DNA of 20,000 bases from an uncultured virus (IMG/VR IMGVR_UViG_3300042940_002333) (lineage: Duplodnaviria > Heunggongvirae > Uroviricota > Caudoviricetes), in the IMG/VR virus record IMGVR_UViG_3300042940_002333; one strand, written 5' to 3'. Made by a program: the position numbers and the translations under genes. Shown piece after piece: positions 8,468 through 16,304 of this stretch (its first letter is position 1; each line of letters opens with the position of its first letter). The notes under the pieces are model-generated. The model searched no databases. It saw nothing but the letters and a program-made list of their open reading frames with translations, and was not told where the DNA came from.

Positions 8468-8620
8468 ATGGAAGGCGACGCAAAAAAAATCGTATGGACA
8501 GTAGGAGCTCAATTAATTGCTCTTACAATCGGCTTATTAACTATCGCACTTATCGTGTGGGTATCTGGAAAAGCTTGGAAAAAATCTCAAGCAGAAAGCA
8601 ATTATAACGGAAACTGGTTA
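8468..8620 (+). CDS. 50-aa single-pass membrane protein (not in ORF track)
   Basis: Translated by hand: MEGDAKKIVWTVGAQLIALTIGLLTIALIVWVSGKAWKKSQAESNYNGNW*. Strong A-rich leader AACCTAAAAAACAAAATAAAATG. Confidence 0.85.
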
Positions 8621-8643
8621 AATTACTAACAGTAATTAAAAAT

Positions 8644-8684
8644 CACCATATTGTGTATAACAAATTTGCGATGTGGTGTTTTTT
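8644..8684 (+). terminator. Probable intrinsic terminator ending the membrane-protein operon
   Basis: CACCATATTGTG / TGCGATGTGGTG stem (several G-U pairs) followed by a T6 run. Confidence 0.6.
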
Positions 8685-8695
8685 ATGTATTTTCG
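8665..8695 (+). promoter_or_regulatory. Possible Bacteroidota sigma-A promoter
   Basis: TTTG (8665-8668), 19-nt spacer, TATTTTCG (8688-8695), one mismatch to TAnnTTTG; upstream of 8734. Confidence 0.45.
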
Positions 8696-8733
8696 TGGAG
8701 TAAAATAATTTATTAACTAAAAAATGTAAAGTT

Positions 8734-9105
8734 ATGTTTGGATTCGATTTAGGAAAAATGCTTGGCGGCGACGGTGGTGGCGGAAATGGAATGATTATGA
8801 ATATGATTATGAAGCAACTTGCCTCGCCAGGAACACAAAAAATGATTGCCGGTAAAATTGACGAAATGTTCGCTCATTTAGCTGGAACTGTAAAGTGTGA
8901 AAAGAAAGATTTAGCTTTGTTGTTAAAACTGGAAATGGTACCAGAATTAAACGAAAAAGGTGAACATCTTTTAGAGGATGATGGAAAAGGTGTAGCCGTA
9001 CAAAAGCTTACTCAGAAAGCGATTATCTATGTAATGGTTGGCAATAAAGCAGTACAAAAGATTGCTATTGATCAATTTCTTGCGATGATGCAGGAACAAG
9101 GATAG
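8734..9105 (+). CDS. Hypothetical protein
   Basis: 123-aa ORF with Met/Gly-rich N-terminus; no family recognised. Confidence 0.75.
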   Translation: MFGFDLGKMLGGDGGGGNGMIMNMIMKQLASPGTQKMIAGKIDEMFAHLAGTVKCEKKDLALLLKLEMVPELNEKGEHLLEDDGKGVAVQKLTQKAIIYVMVGNKAVQKIAIDQFLAMMQEQG

Positions 9106-9116
9106 GAGACACAAAA

Positions 9117-9368
9117 ATGACAATGTATTCACCAGCACAACCAGAGGTATTAATAGCTTCTGGTACAATAGAACAAATTAGCTCAATGTATTCTTGGGCT
9201 ACTTTTATTAATAGTGGAGCTGCGGCTGGAACGATTGATTTCGGCGGCGGAAACATTGTTACTCTCGGAGCGGGCGAATCACTCACAATGCCTTACCTTG
9301 GTCGTCCATACGCATTTACAGAGATTGATGGTACTCTTACGACTATTAAAATCATTTATGTAAGATAA
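9117..9368 (+). CDS. Small all-beta protein, candidate penton/vertex base
   Basis: 83 aa of short beta strands (ATFINSG, GTIDF, IVTLGAGESLTMP, TTIKIIYV), directly upstream of spike genes. Function is inferred. Confidence 0.6.
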   Translation: MTMYSPAQPEVLIASGTIEQISSMYSWATFINSGAAAGTIDFGGGNIVTLGAGESLTMPYLGRPYAFTEIDGTLTTIKIIYVR

Positions 9369-9399
9369 AATGGGATTTGAAGGATCTTCTGGTTGGCAC
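9367..9399 (+). repeat. 33-bp direct repeat, copy 1 (AAA + ATGGGATTTGAAGGATCTTCTGGTTGGCAC)
   Basis: Identical to 11034-11066; encodes MGFEGSSGWH. Confidence 0.95.
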
Positions 9400-10647
9400 C
9401 CACCTGGTGGTGGTGGAGGTGGCGGAATGGCTTTTACTTCTCTTACTTATGCTGCGTTACAAACTTTAATAGGAACATCAGCGTTAGTACAAGGAAATTA
9501 TTATTTAATAAATGACTATCAAACGATTTACGACCAACCTGATTATGATGCGGCAGGTAGTCCTAAACCGGTAGTTACAACAAATACAGGCTCTGTTGAA
9601 CCTTTAATTGTTCAAGCGTCTTCTGTTAATCAGATAAATGAAAATGCTATTTCAACTTTATTCCCGTTAGATATTATTCAATACGATGTAACGTTTACTG
9701 AAACAGAGGTTATGTTACAACCCGCAAAAGGCAGAATAACATTACGAATAGATACAAATAATAATAGAACTAACTATGACCATAGAGCAGTTGTATTTAA
9801 AAGATACGAAACAAGTCCCTCAAGTGGAATCTATACGGTTGTTAATGATAATGGAAATGCTTCATTAGATACAATACCAACATTTGGAGCAGACTGCTAT
9901 TCTAATAAAATAGGTAATTTTTATACAACTTTAGATTTAAACAATACAGGATTTATATTATCAAATAATATTTTTGGAGATAATTGTTCTGATAATACAA
10001 CAGGAGCAGATTTTTATAACAATACAATAGGCTCAATAGTTTATCAAAATAAGTTTGGGGATTTATGTCACAATAACGTCATCGAAGGTGATGCTTATAA
10101 CAATAACGTAAACAATAATTTTAGCTTAAATACGATTGGAAGTCAATTTTATAATAACTCCATATTCAATGGATTTAGACAAAATGTAATTGGCTCACAA
10201 TTTCAAGGAAATGAAATTTTAAGTGGATTTAGAGAAAATACAACGTCAGCAGGATTTGCTAAAAATAGAATTGGGTATGATTTTAGAAATGTAGGCATAA
10301 CTATTGGAACAAACTTTTTAGATAATCAAATAGGAAATAATTTTAGTTCAAATGTTGCTATCGGAGATAACTTTCAAAATAATTCAATAGGAGATAATTT
10401 TCAAACTAATACAATAGGAGATGACTTTAAAAGCAATAATATTTGTGATAATTTCACGTCAAATTCAAATATTTTAAACAATTTTAAATTTAATATATTT
10501 CAATCGCCAACTACTTTAAATTATTCAACAGCTACTCACGTTTACGGGAATTATAATTGTACTATATTTTCAAATAGTACGGGGTTACAAAGGTTGAGTT
10601 ATTTTGATGCCGTAGATACATTAACAATAGTAAATCCCAATTCATAA
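9370..10647 (+). CDS. Fibre/spike protein with Asn-rich beta-helix repeats
   Basis: MGFEGSSGWH + Gly7 linker; LTYAAL..YYLINDYQT..EPLIV..KGRITLRID..YDHR..FKRY region resembling Bacteroidota-phage fibres; about 11-aa N[TS]IG[DS][NQD]F.. repeats. Confidence 0.75.
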   Translation: MGFEGSSGWHPPGGGGGGGMAFTSLTYAALQTLIGTSALVQGNYYLINDYQTIYDQPDYDAAGSPKPVVTTNTGSVEPLIVQASSVNQINENAISTLFPLDIIQYDVTFTETEVMLQPAKGRITLRIDTNNNRTNYDHRAVVFKRYETSPSSGIYTVVNDNGNASLDTIPTFGADCYSNKIGNFYTTLDLNNTGFILSNNIFGDNCSDNTTGADFYNNTIGSIVYQNKFGDLCHNNVIEGDAYNNNVNNNFSLNTIGSQFYNNSIFNGFRQNVIGSQFQGNEILSGFRENTTSAGFAKNRIGYDFRNVGITIGTNFLDNQIGNNFSSNVAIGDNFQNNSIGDNFQTNTIGDDFKSNNICDNFTSNSNILNNFKFNIFQSPTTLNYSTATHVYGNYNCTIFSNSTGLQRLSYFDAVDTLTIVNPNS

Positions 10648-10973
10648 TGGAAGAAAAAGCACCAATACCAACAAGCGTAGCGTATTTAACATCAGAAAAT
10701 TACGCTACATATACTACGGTAACTTACGAGCAAGTAGTAAGTGCTTTAGGATATACTCCTTATGATGAAACAAATCCGAGTAAATTCATTTCGGGCATAG
10801 ATTCATTAATGGTTACTGACGCTTTAGGTTATACTCCTTATGATAGCACAAACCCCGACGGATTTATTACAGTAAGAGCACTTGAAGGTTATGTGCCTTT
10901 TTCGGGTGCTAGTACAGATTTAGATTTAGGAACTCATAGTGTAAGTGGGATTATTCTGATATTTTTGTATTGA
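10647..10973 (+). CDS. Short fibre-shaft-like protein, possibly a truncated remnant
   Basis: Two ALGYTPYD.TNP..FI repeats and YVPFSGASTDLDLG, motifs usually internal to long phage fibres; abrupt end. Confidence 0.6.
   Translation: MEEKAPIPTSVAYLTSENYATYTTVTYEQVVSALGYTPYDETNPSKFISGIDSLMVTDALGYTPYDSTNPDGFITVRALEGYVPFSGASTDLDLGTHSVSGIILIFLY
10743..10844 (+). repeat. Intragenic 24-bp repeat GCTTTAGGwTATACTCCTTATGAT, 78-bp period
   Basis: Copies at 10743-10766 and 10821-10844, one mismatch. Confidence 0.9.
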
Positions 10974-11033
10974 ATAAAATTTATTAGCAAAAAATATAGT
11001 TTACAGAATTTTTGTATATAATAAGATAAAATA

Positions 11034-11066
11034 AAAATGGGATTTGAAGGATCTTCTGGTTGGCAC
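11034..11066 (+). repeat. 33-bp direct repeat, copy 2
   Basis: Identical to 9367-9399; TAAGATAAAAT also lies just upstream of both copies (9361, 11022). Confidence 0.95.
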
Positions 11067-12536
11067 GGTCCAAGTGCCGGGGGTGGTGGTGGTGCAATTC
11101 CATTAGCACAAGGCGAAATATATGTCGATGATAACGCTAATACACAGACTTTAACTAATCAAAACACATTCTACAAACTCACAGCACCAACTTGGTCTGC
11201 TGGTACTAATAATGGCTTTACGCCAAATCTTGGCAGTCAAGAAATTCAATGCAACGGTGACGGAACTTATTTAGTAGTTTGTCAGGGCGATATCATTGCT
11301 CAAAATAATGAGCAAATAGAGTTTGCTTTATTCGTTAATAATGTTGAGCAAATAAATTTTGAATCGCTTGTTACAGGAAGAGGAGGTGCTCAACATTCTT
11401 CTTGGGGATATAATGGATTTGTTATTTTATCTGTTGGAGATATTGTAGATGTTCGAGTTCAATGTACTTCAAGTGCAGGTGAAACAATACTCTTACAACA
11501 TATAAATTTAAGTTTACAAGCAAGTGCAGGCGCAACGGGTGCAACGGGTGCAACGGGTGCTGGTGGAGCTCTAGGTTATTGGGGTTCTTTTTGGTCAACT
11601 GATGATCAAATAGCAGCTAATACAACAACTGCTTATCCAATAACTTTAAACAATACCGACCCTGATTCTAATGGAGTAAGTATTGTTTCTAGTAGTCGTT
11701 TAACTTTTGCCTATGCAGGCGTTTATAATATTCAATTCTCTGCCCAGGCTGACAGAATATCGGGTAGCGGTACTGACACTATTGATATATGGTTTCGTAA
11801 AAATGGAACTGATGTAGCAGATAGCAATACTGTTGTAACAGTATCTGGTTCTGCATTAGCAGCTAAGACCGTTGCTGCTTGGAACTATATGGCTGAGTGT
11901 AATGCTGGTGATTATGTAGAACTAATGTGGAGAACTTCAGATACTAGACTTGAGTTAGTTGCAAGTGCGGCAGGAATAATTCCTATTAGACCAGCAGTTC
12001 CTAGTGTTATTCTTACAGCCTCTCAAGTTATGTACACTCAAATTGCACCAAGCGGAAATCCAAACATTTCAGTTACAACTGATACTGTTTTTTTAGAAGT
12101 TCAGAGTGGAATGACAAATTTGAACTCATTGTACACAGTAGATGGATTAAGTTTTGATAGATACCGTATTAGTGCAATAGTACCAAAGACAAGTATGTCA
12201 GGAAACAATACCTACGTTTTCTACTTAGGTACGGTTTTTGACCCTGATAATACTTTAACTTTCAAGGTTTATGATAACAATTCAGTTGTTAATTCTTCAG
12301 ACCCTGTTCTTCAAGAATGTCATACAGCACTAACACCATCTGCCTTAGTTTACGACACGGTAAATGGATTTGTTGTACCTGTGAGTTTAATGACGATTAC
12401 TACGGATAATTCAACAGACCCTCGATTCTATGATATTTTCTTATTAGCAGGAGATACAAATATCTTTGAAGCCGAAGTCTATGTGGATTTTGAGTTTTAC
12501 ATAAAACAGGGTACAGCTATTACTTTCACAAATTAA
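11037..12536 (+). CDS. Spike protein: N-terminal peptide + Gly hinge, two C1q/TNF-like beta domains joined by a short collagen-like segment, plus a third beta domain
   Basis: MGFEGSSGWHGPSAGGGGG; domain 1 DGTYLV..LSVGDIVDVRV; GATGATGATGAG; domain 2 YWGSF..AGVYNIQFSAQ..IWFRKNG..AGDYVELMW. Confidence 0.75.
   Translation: MGFEGSSGWHGPSAGGGGGAIPLAQGEIYVDDNANTQTLTNQNTFYKLTAPTWSAGTNNGFTPNLGSQEIQCNGDGTYLVVCQGDIIAQNNEQIEFALFVNNVEQINFESLVTGRGGAQHSSWGYNGFVILSVGDIVDVRVQCTSSAGETILLQHINLSLQASAGATGATGATGAGGALGYWGSFWSTDDQIAANTTTAYPITLNNTDPDSNGVSIVSSSRLTFAYAGVYNIQFSAQADRISGSGTDTIDIWFRKNGTDVADSNTVVTVSGSALAAKTVAAWNYMAECNAGDYVELMWRTSDTRLELVASAAGIIPIRPAVPSVILTASQVMYTQIAPSGNPNISVTTDTVFLEVQSGMTNLNSLYTVDGLSFDRYRISAIVPKTSMSGNNTYVFYLGTVFDPDNTLTFKVYDNNSVVNSSDPVLQECHTALTPSALVYDTVNGFVVPVSLMTITTDNSTDPRFYDIFLLAGDTNIFEAEVYVDFEFYIKQGTAITFTN
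11532..11558 (+). repeat. 3 x 9-bp perfect tandem repeat GCAACGGGT (collagen-like G-A-T)
   Basis: Read directly from the sequence. Confidence 0.95.
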
Positions 12537-12546
12537 AATTTACATA

Positions 12547-12882
12547 ATGCCGTCAAGAATTGAATTAAAAAAAGCACAACTCCAAGAAGCTCTAAGGTTA
12601 AGATTCAAAGGTAGTGTGGTTTCATATTATTTAGGAAATCCTTATGATACTGCCGAAGAAGCATCGCAAGAAAATTTACCACCAAAAGATGCTACAACTG
12701 TTTATCTTAAAGGAACACCTATAAAGGTAGATGATATTGTTTATCAGGATAGCGAATTAAAAATACCGATAAATACTGATAGTGGAAAATACAGAAACGT
12801 CTTTACAGAAGGTAGTTTACCTGTTGGGTATGTTATTATTTATGATAAATTTGGTAAAGTAACATCTGTTGTGAATTTTTAA
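12547..12882 (+). CDS. Hypothetical small beta protein, likely virion-associated
   Basis: TVYL..KVDDIVYQDSELKIP..GKY..YDKFGKV pattern; located in the fibre cluster. Confidence 0.7.
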   Translation: MPSRIELKKAQLQEALRLRFKGSVVSYYLGNPYDTAEEASQENLPPKDATTVYLKGTPIKVDDIVYQDSELKIPINTDSGKYRNVFTEGSLPVGYVIIYDKFGKVTSVVNF

Positions 12883-12924
12883 AAATAGATTAATCTATTA
12901 AAAGCATTGATAATACTGAAAGAA

Positions 12925-13143
12925 ATGATAGTAAACCTATACATTAAAGAAGATTTAGATATTGAAGAGGATTCCATTGCAATAACGATAATAAGGAAAA
13001 GTAAAGACAGGTTTCAGTCTATAAATGTAAAGAAATTGGATAATCTAACTGCCATTGAACAGCAAACAATGAGATCGGTAATAGCGATGATGGAGAAATA
13101 TCGAGGGGAACAGGGTTCTGTGAATCTTAAATATGGTCTATAA
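12925..13143 (+). CDS. Small hypothetical protein (ATG 12925 preferred over TTG 12907)
   Basis: In-frame ATG after AAAGAA; C-terminal helix LDNLTAIEQQTMRSVIAMME resembles that of 16073-16249. Confidence 0.6.
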   Translation: MIVNLYIKEDLDIEEDSIAITIIRKSKDRFQSINVKKLDNLTAIEQQTMRSVIAMMEKYRGEQGSVNLKYGL

Positions 13144-13184
13144 ACATAATTGTTAATTAAGTCTTAAAAATAATATCTTTCAGT

Positions 13185-13243
13185 TTTGTTATTTAAAATA
13201 AAACTAATACATTTGGCAAAAGTATAATGTAATGCTATTTTTG
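13185..13243 (+). promoter_or_regulatory. Two interlocked Bacteroidota sigma-A promoters
   Basis: TTTG(13185-88)-N19-TACATTTG(13208-15) and TTTG(13212-15)-N20-TATTTTTG(13236-43); both match the -33 TTTG / -7 TAnnTTTG consensus, in the largest intergenic gap. Confidence 0.65.
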
Positions 13244-13323
13244 TAAAGTATGTAATGATTTATGTAATGTTATTACTAATTCAATTAATCAATTACAAAT
13301 AAAACCTAAAAAAACAAAAAAAA

Positions 13324-13725
13324 ATGGCAGCATCAACTAAAACAAACACCGTGAACCTGAACTCAGGTGTATTCAACGGTAAAACAAATGCAGGTGGAAC
13401 ACCAGAAAACACACCAGCTTATTACGTTCAATGGTGTTACGGAATAGGCAGTCTTGAACTTATAGATTCGCAGTTGGATCTTGTAGTTGCAGAAATGTCT
13501 TTAATCCCAACAGAAGTAGCGGCTCTTGCTCAAGCAGGATTGGCTTTAGCGCCCTACATTAACTACACAGTAGGAAAAACAATTATGGTTATTGATTGGA
13601 ACGCTACCGGTTTCGGTGTGATCATCCAAAAAGTAGCTGACGTTGCTAACGACTTTAACGACTGGAGAGTTGTCTCTACTGGTACTAAAGCAAGCACTGG
13701 CGACGTTGGAGAAAAACCTCTATAA
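13324..13725 (+). CDS. Hypothetical protein, probably an abundant virion protein
   Basis: Own promoter(s), very A-rich leader, all Asn codons AAC and frequent GGT/TAC, own terminator. Confidence 0.8.
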   Translation: MAASTKTNTVNLNSGVFNGKTNAGGTPENTPAYYVQWCYGIGSLELIDSQLDLVVAEMSLIPTEVAALAQAGLALAPYINYTVGKTIMVIDWNATGFGVIIQKVADVANDFNDWRVVSTGTKASTGDVGEKPL

Positions 13726-13733
13726 TTTTTAAT

Positions 13734-13758
13734 GTAGCCCCGTAAGGCTACTTTTCTT
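13734..13758 (+). terminator. Intrinsic terminator
   Basis: GTAGCC-CCGTAA-GGCTAC hairpin followed by TTTTCTT, 8 nt after the stop of 13324-13725. Confidence 0.7.
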
Positions 13759-13767
13759 ATCATCTTT

Positions 13768-14214
13768 ATGGCAAAAAATTCTAAAACTACTGAAATAATG
13801 AGTTATAGCGGTCATTCTTTATTTTATGGCTGGCAATCATTATTAATGAAATATCTCATATTCTTTTTTTCGCCTATCGCCTGGCTTATTTTTGGAGTTG
13901 GCGTAATGGTTCTGTTTGACTGGATTGCCGGTATGGCGGCGGCTAAGAAAAAGGGTAATAAAATTGTTTCTGGAGGTTTTTACAGGACTTTCGTGAAATA
14001 TATGCTATACTCTATCGGTATAATTGCGACAAGGGTTCTGGAGATATTACTGAAAGATAATATTAATCTTCCGTTTTCCTCTTTGCTTGCTGGTTTCATA
14101 CTGGTAATAGAGTATAAAAGCGTAATTGAAAATATAAGCATTGCTACTGGAACTGACTTGTGGAAATGGGTTAAGGAAAAGATAGCTCAAATTCATCCTA
14201 AAAACGAAAAATAA
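13768..14214 (+). CDS. Phage holin (Phage_holin_4_1-like)
   Basis: LFDWIAGMAAAKKKG.KI.S.GF.RTF.K..LY and IEYKSVIENI..ATG signature; three TM segments. Confidence 0.85.
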   Translation: MAKNSKTTEIMSYSGHSLFYGWQSLLMKYLIFFFSPIAWLIFGVGVMVLFDWIAGMAAAKKKGNKIVSGGFYRTFVKYMLYSIGIIATRVLEILLKDNINLPFSSLLAGFILVIEYKSVIENISIATGTDLWKWVKEKIAQIHPKNEK

Positions 14215-14681
14215 TGTATCCATTAGGCACGTTAAAAGTAGCTTGGATTGAAAAAGATCCAGAATATATGTCTTCGGATATGTTCGGTCCAAATGATTTA
14301 AAAAAAGCGGTAGCCTTTGGCGAGGAAGTAGGCGACTATTTCATAATGCAACTTATTAGTCAAACCAAAGACCGTTACCGTTGGAAAGTATTACCATACG
14401 GGAATTACAATTTATATAAACGCGGTATGAAACTGCGTAAAAAATTTAATAGTATTTTTAATAATGACGAGAGTGGTTTTGATGATGATATTAAATTAAT
14501 AAACGATTCTGATGAAAAGAAAACTCAAATGGTTCGCCTTGTTGATGTTTTCTTTATTGGTCCGTTACTTATTTATGCGTCAACCTTTAAAGCGTTACCA
14601 TCCTATCTTAGAGTTGCCTTATTGTTAATAGGTATTGCAACAATAGTTTATAACGGAAATAATTATCTTAAAAATAAATGA
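14214..14681 (+). CDS. Two-domain protein with C-terminal TM hairpin
   Basis: Soluble N-domain, acidic linker DESGFDDD, then VRLVDVFFIGPLLIY and LRVALLLIGIATIVYN TM segments; TAATG coupling to the holin. Confidence 0.75.
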   Translation: MYPLGTLKVAWIEKDPEYMSSDMFGPNDLKKAVAFGEEVGDYFIMQLISQTKDRYRWKVLPYGNYNLYKRGMKLRKKFNSIFNNDESGFDDDIKLINDSDEKKTQMVRLVDVFFIGPLLIYASTFKALPSYLRVALLLIGIATIVYNGNNYLKNK

Positions 14682-16054
14682 TAGGAGTACCATATAACCC
14701 TGCCCAATGTTGTTTTCTGTTAAGTCAGTCGCTTAACGCAAATCAGTTTGATCCGAATGTTCCTAACACGGGAGTAACACCACACAATCTTCTTTGGAAT
14801 TTTGTGGAGAATAAATTACAGTGGGTAGAAACATTAGTTGGCGGAATTATCGTGCAGGAGCTTGGTGCCACGCTATTTCCTAACAGAAAAATAATAACCG
14901 TAGATGCAACTTACGGAAATAATACTACGGCGGCGACAAATCCTTACAATACGGAATTTGCGTTTAGTGATTGTGCTGCGGCAGTAGCTACGGCAGTAGC
15001 TGGTGATTTAATTATTGTAAACCCGGGTAATTATACGGTAAATCAGATTCAAAAAGATCAGGTAGATTGGTATTTTCATAACGGCGCCATAGTAAACACT
15101 CCTGGTCACGTTTTCCAAACTAATGGTATGACATTTAATGTTTACGGATTCGGAACATTTATAGCTAACGGAATATCCTTGCCAGCATTTGTTATAAGCT
15201 TCTTCTCTAATGTAAATATAACTTGTTCTAAACTTATAGGAGCTGCTACTACTTTTGCTTTCTTTCAGGGTGTTTATGTTGAGATAAACTCTACTTGTAA
15301 TTTCACTGCGTTTGACTTGGTTGATTGTAGCGTTAATCTTGGGAACGCATTTTTCTGCGAGAATAATTCAAAGCTTATAGTTACGGCTCCAGAGGTTCGT
15401 TTTAGTTGGATAGGATATGGCTGCGGAGATAATTCTAGAATTATAGTAAACGTACCGAAAACGGTTGCTTATGATGTTATTGGTGATTTCACTTTATTTG
15501 GTTCAACTTATGCTTCTATTGCTAATGGAGTGACAAATGCGATAATCAAAATTTATGGCGATATGGATACCGCAAAAACAGCACCAGATCCAGGGCCAAT
15601 TTCAAGAACGTCTGGTGCCTTGGGTATTAGATCTTCTGGTGTTGATTGTGAAATTCACATTACCGGCAACAAATCTGTAACACAAGGCTTACGCGCGGTT
15701 TATATTGACACACTTTCTGCGAAAATTTTTGTAAATACTGATATAGAAGAATTACAGGGCGATGGTGTTTATTTTAAAAGAGGAAAGGTGTATTTGAACA
15801 GAAGATTAACGACGCCGGCAGCTCCTTCGATTGCTCCAGGGATACCTGTTAATGCTATTGAAGATGGTGCTGGTTTAATTGTATTAAACGGCGCTGTTTT
15901 AATAAACGGTAACGGCGGCCCAAGTATAGATGGATCTACACTTCCTGTTCCTCCTGTTAATTATGCAAATTACCAAGGCGTAGCAAGTACAGCTCCAGTT
16001 GGAGCGGCCGAGGTAATAGGAAACCCATTAATAGTAAGTCCTTTTGTAGAATAA
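14678..16054 (+). CDS. Pectin-lyase-like beta-helix spike / putative polysaccharide depolymerase
   Basis: IITVDATYGNN..AFSDCAAAVATAVAGDLIIVNPGNY is the typical N-cap of right-handed beta-helix proteins, followed by beta-rich repeats; ATGA overlap. Confidence 0.7.
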   Translation: MIGVPYNPAQCCFLLSQSLNANQFDPNVPNTGVTPHNLLWNFVENKLQWVETLVGGIIVQELGATLFPNRKIITVDATYGNNTTAATNPYNTEFAFSDCAAAVATAVAGDLIIVNPGNYTVNQIQKDQVDWYFHNGAIVNTPGHVFQTNGMTFNVYGFGTFIANGISLPAFVISFFSNVNITCSKLIGAATTFAFFQGVYVEINSTCNFTAFDLVDCSVNLGNAFFCENNSKLIVTAPEVRFSWIGYGCGDNSRIIVNVPKTVAYDVIGDFTLFGSTYASIANGVTNAIIKIYGDMDTAKTAPDPGPISRTSGALGIRSSGVDCEIHITGNKSVTQGLRAVYIDTLSAKIFVNTDIEELQGDGVYFKRGKVYLNRRLTTPAAPSIAPGIPVNAIEDGAGLIVLNGAVLINGNGGPSIDGSTLPVPPVNYANYQGVASTAPVGAAEVIGNPLIVSPFVE

Positions 16055-16072
16055 TAACTTAAAAAAAATAAT

Positions 16073-16249
16073 ATGACACTGACGCAACAAATAAACATCG
16101 ATGTAACTGACAACAAGGCTGCCGTTCTTGAATTTAATAACGGAATGCCTGTCCCGCCGGCAAAAAATCTTGACCTTAATGCTTTATCGTTAGCGGATAG
16201 ACAGAAAGTTAATGAAGCAATAACTATAATCCAAAACAACGCAACTTAG
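16073..16249 (+). CDS. 58-aa hypothetical protein (not in ORF track)
   Basis: Translated by hand: MTLTQQINIDVTDNKAAVLEFNNGMPVPPAKNLDLNALSLADRQKVNEAITIIQNNAT*. A-rich leader AACTTAAAAAAAATAATATG. Confidence 0.75.
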   Translation: MTLTQQINIDVTDNKAAVLEFNNGMPVPPAKNLDLNALSLADRQKVNEAITIIQNNAT

Positions 16250-16304
16250 TTTAAATGATTGAATAGGTTTGTTATCAATTTAATTCACCAAATAGTATAA
16301 AATT

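Noticed and set aside
9900..10500. AAT/AAC-rich periodic DNA as a non-coding array
   Set aside because: Explained by the Asn-rich beta-helix repeats of the 425-aa spike.
9367..11066. 33-bp repeat as a DGR template/variable pair, shufflon site or CRISPR repeat
   Set aside because: Only two copies, direct orientation, identical (no adenine-specific changes), 1.67 kb apart; no reverse transcriptase, recombinase or cas gene in the window.
13144..13323. tRNA or structured ncRNA in the largest intergenic gap
   Set aside because: Extremely AT-rich, with no cloverleaf or stable stems; better explained as promoter and leader.
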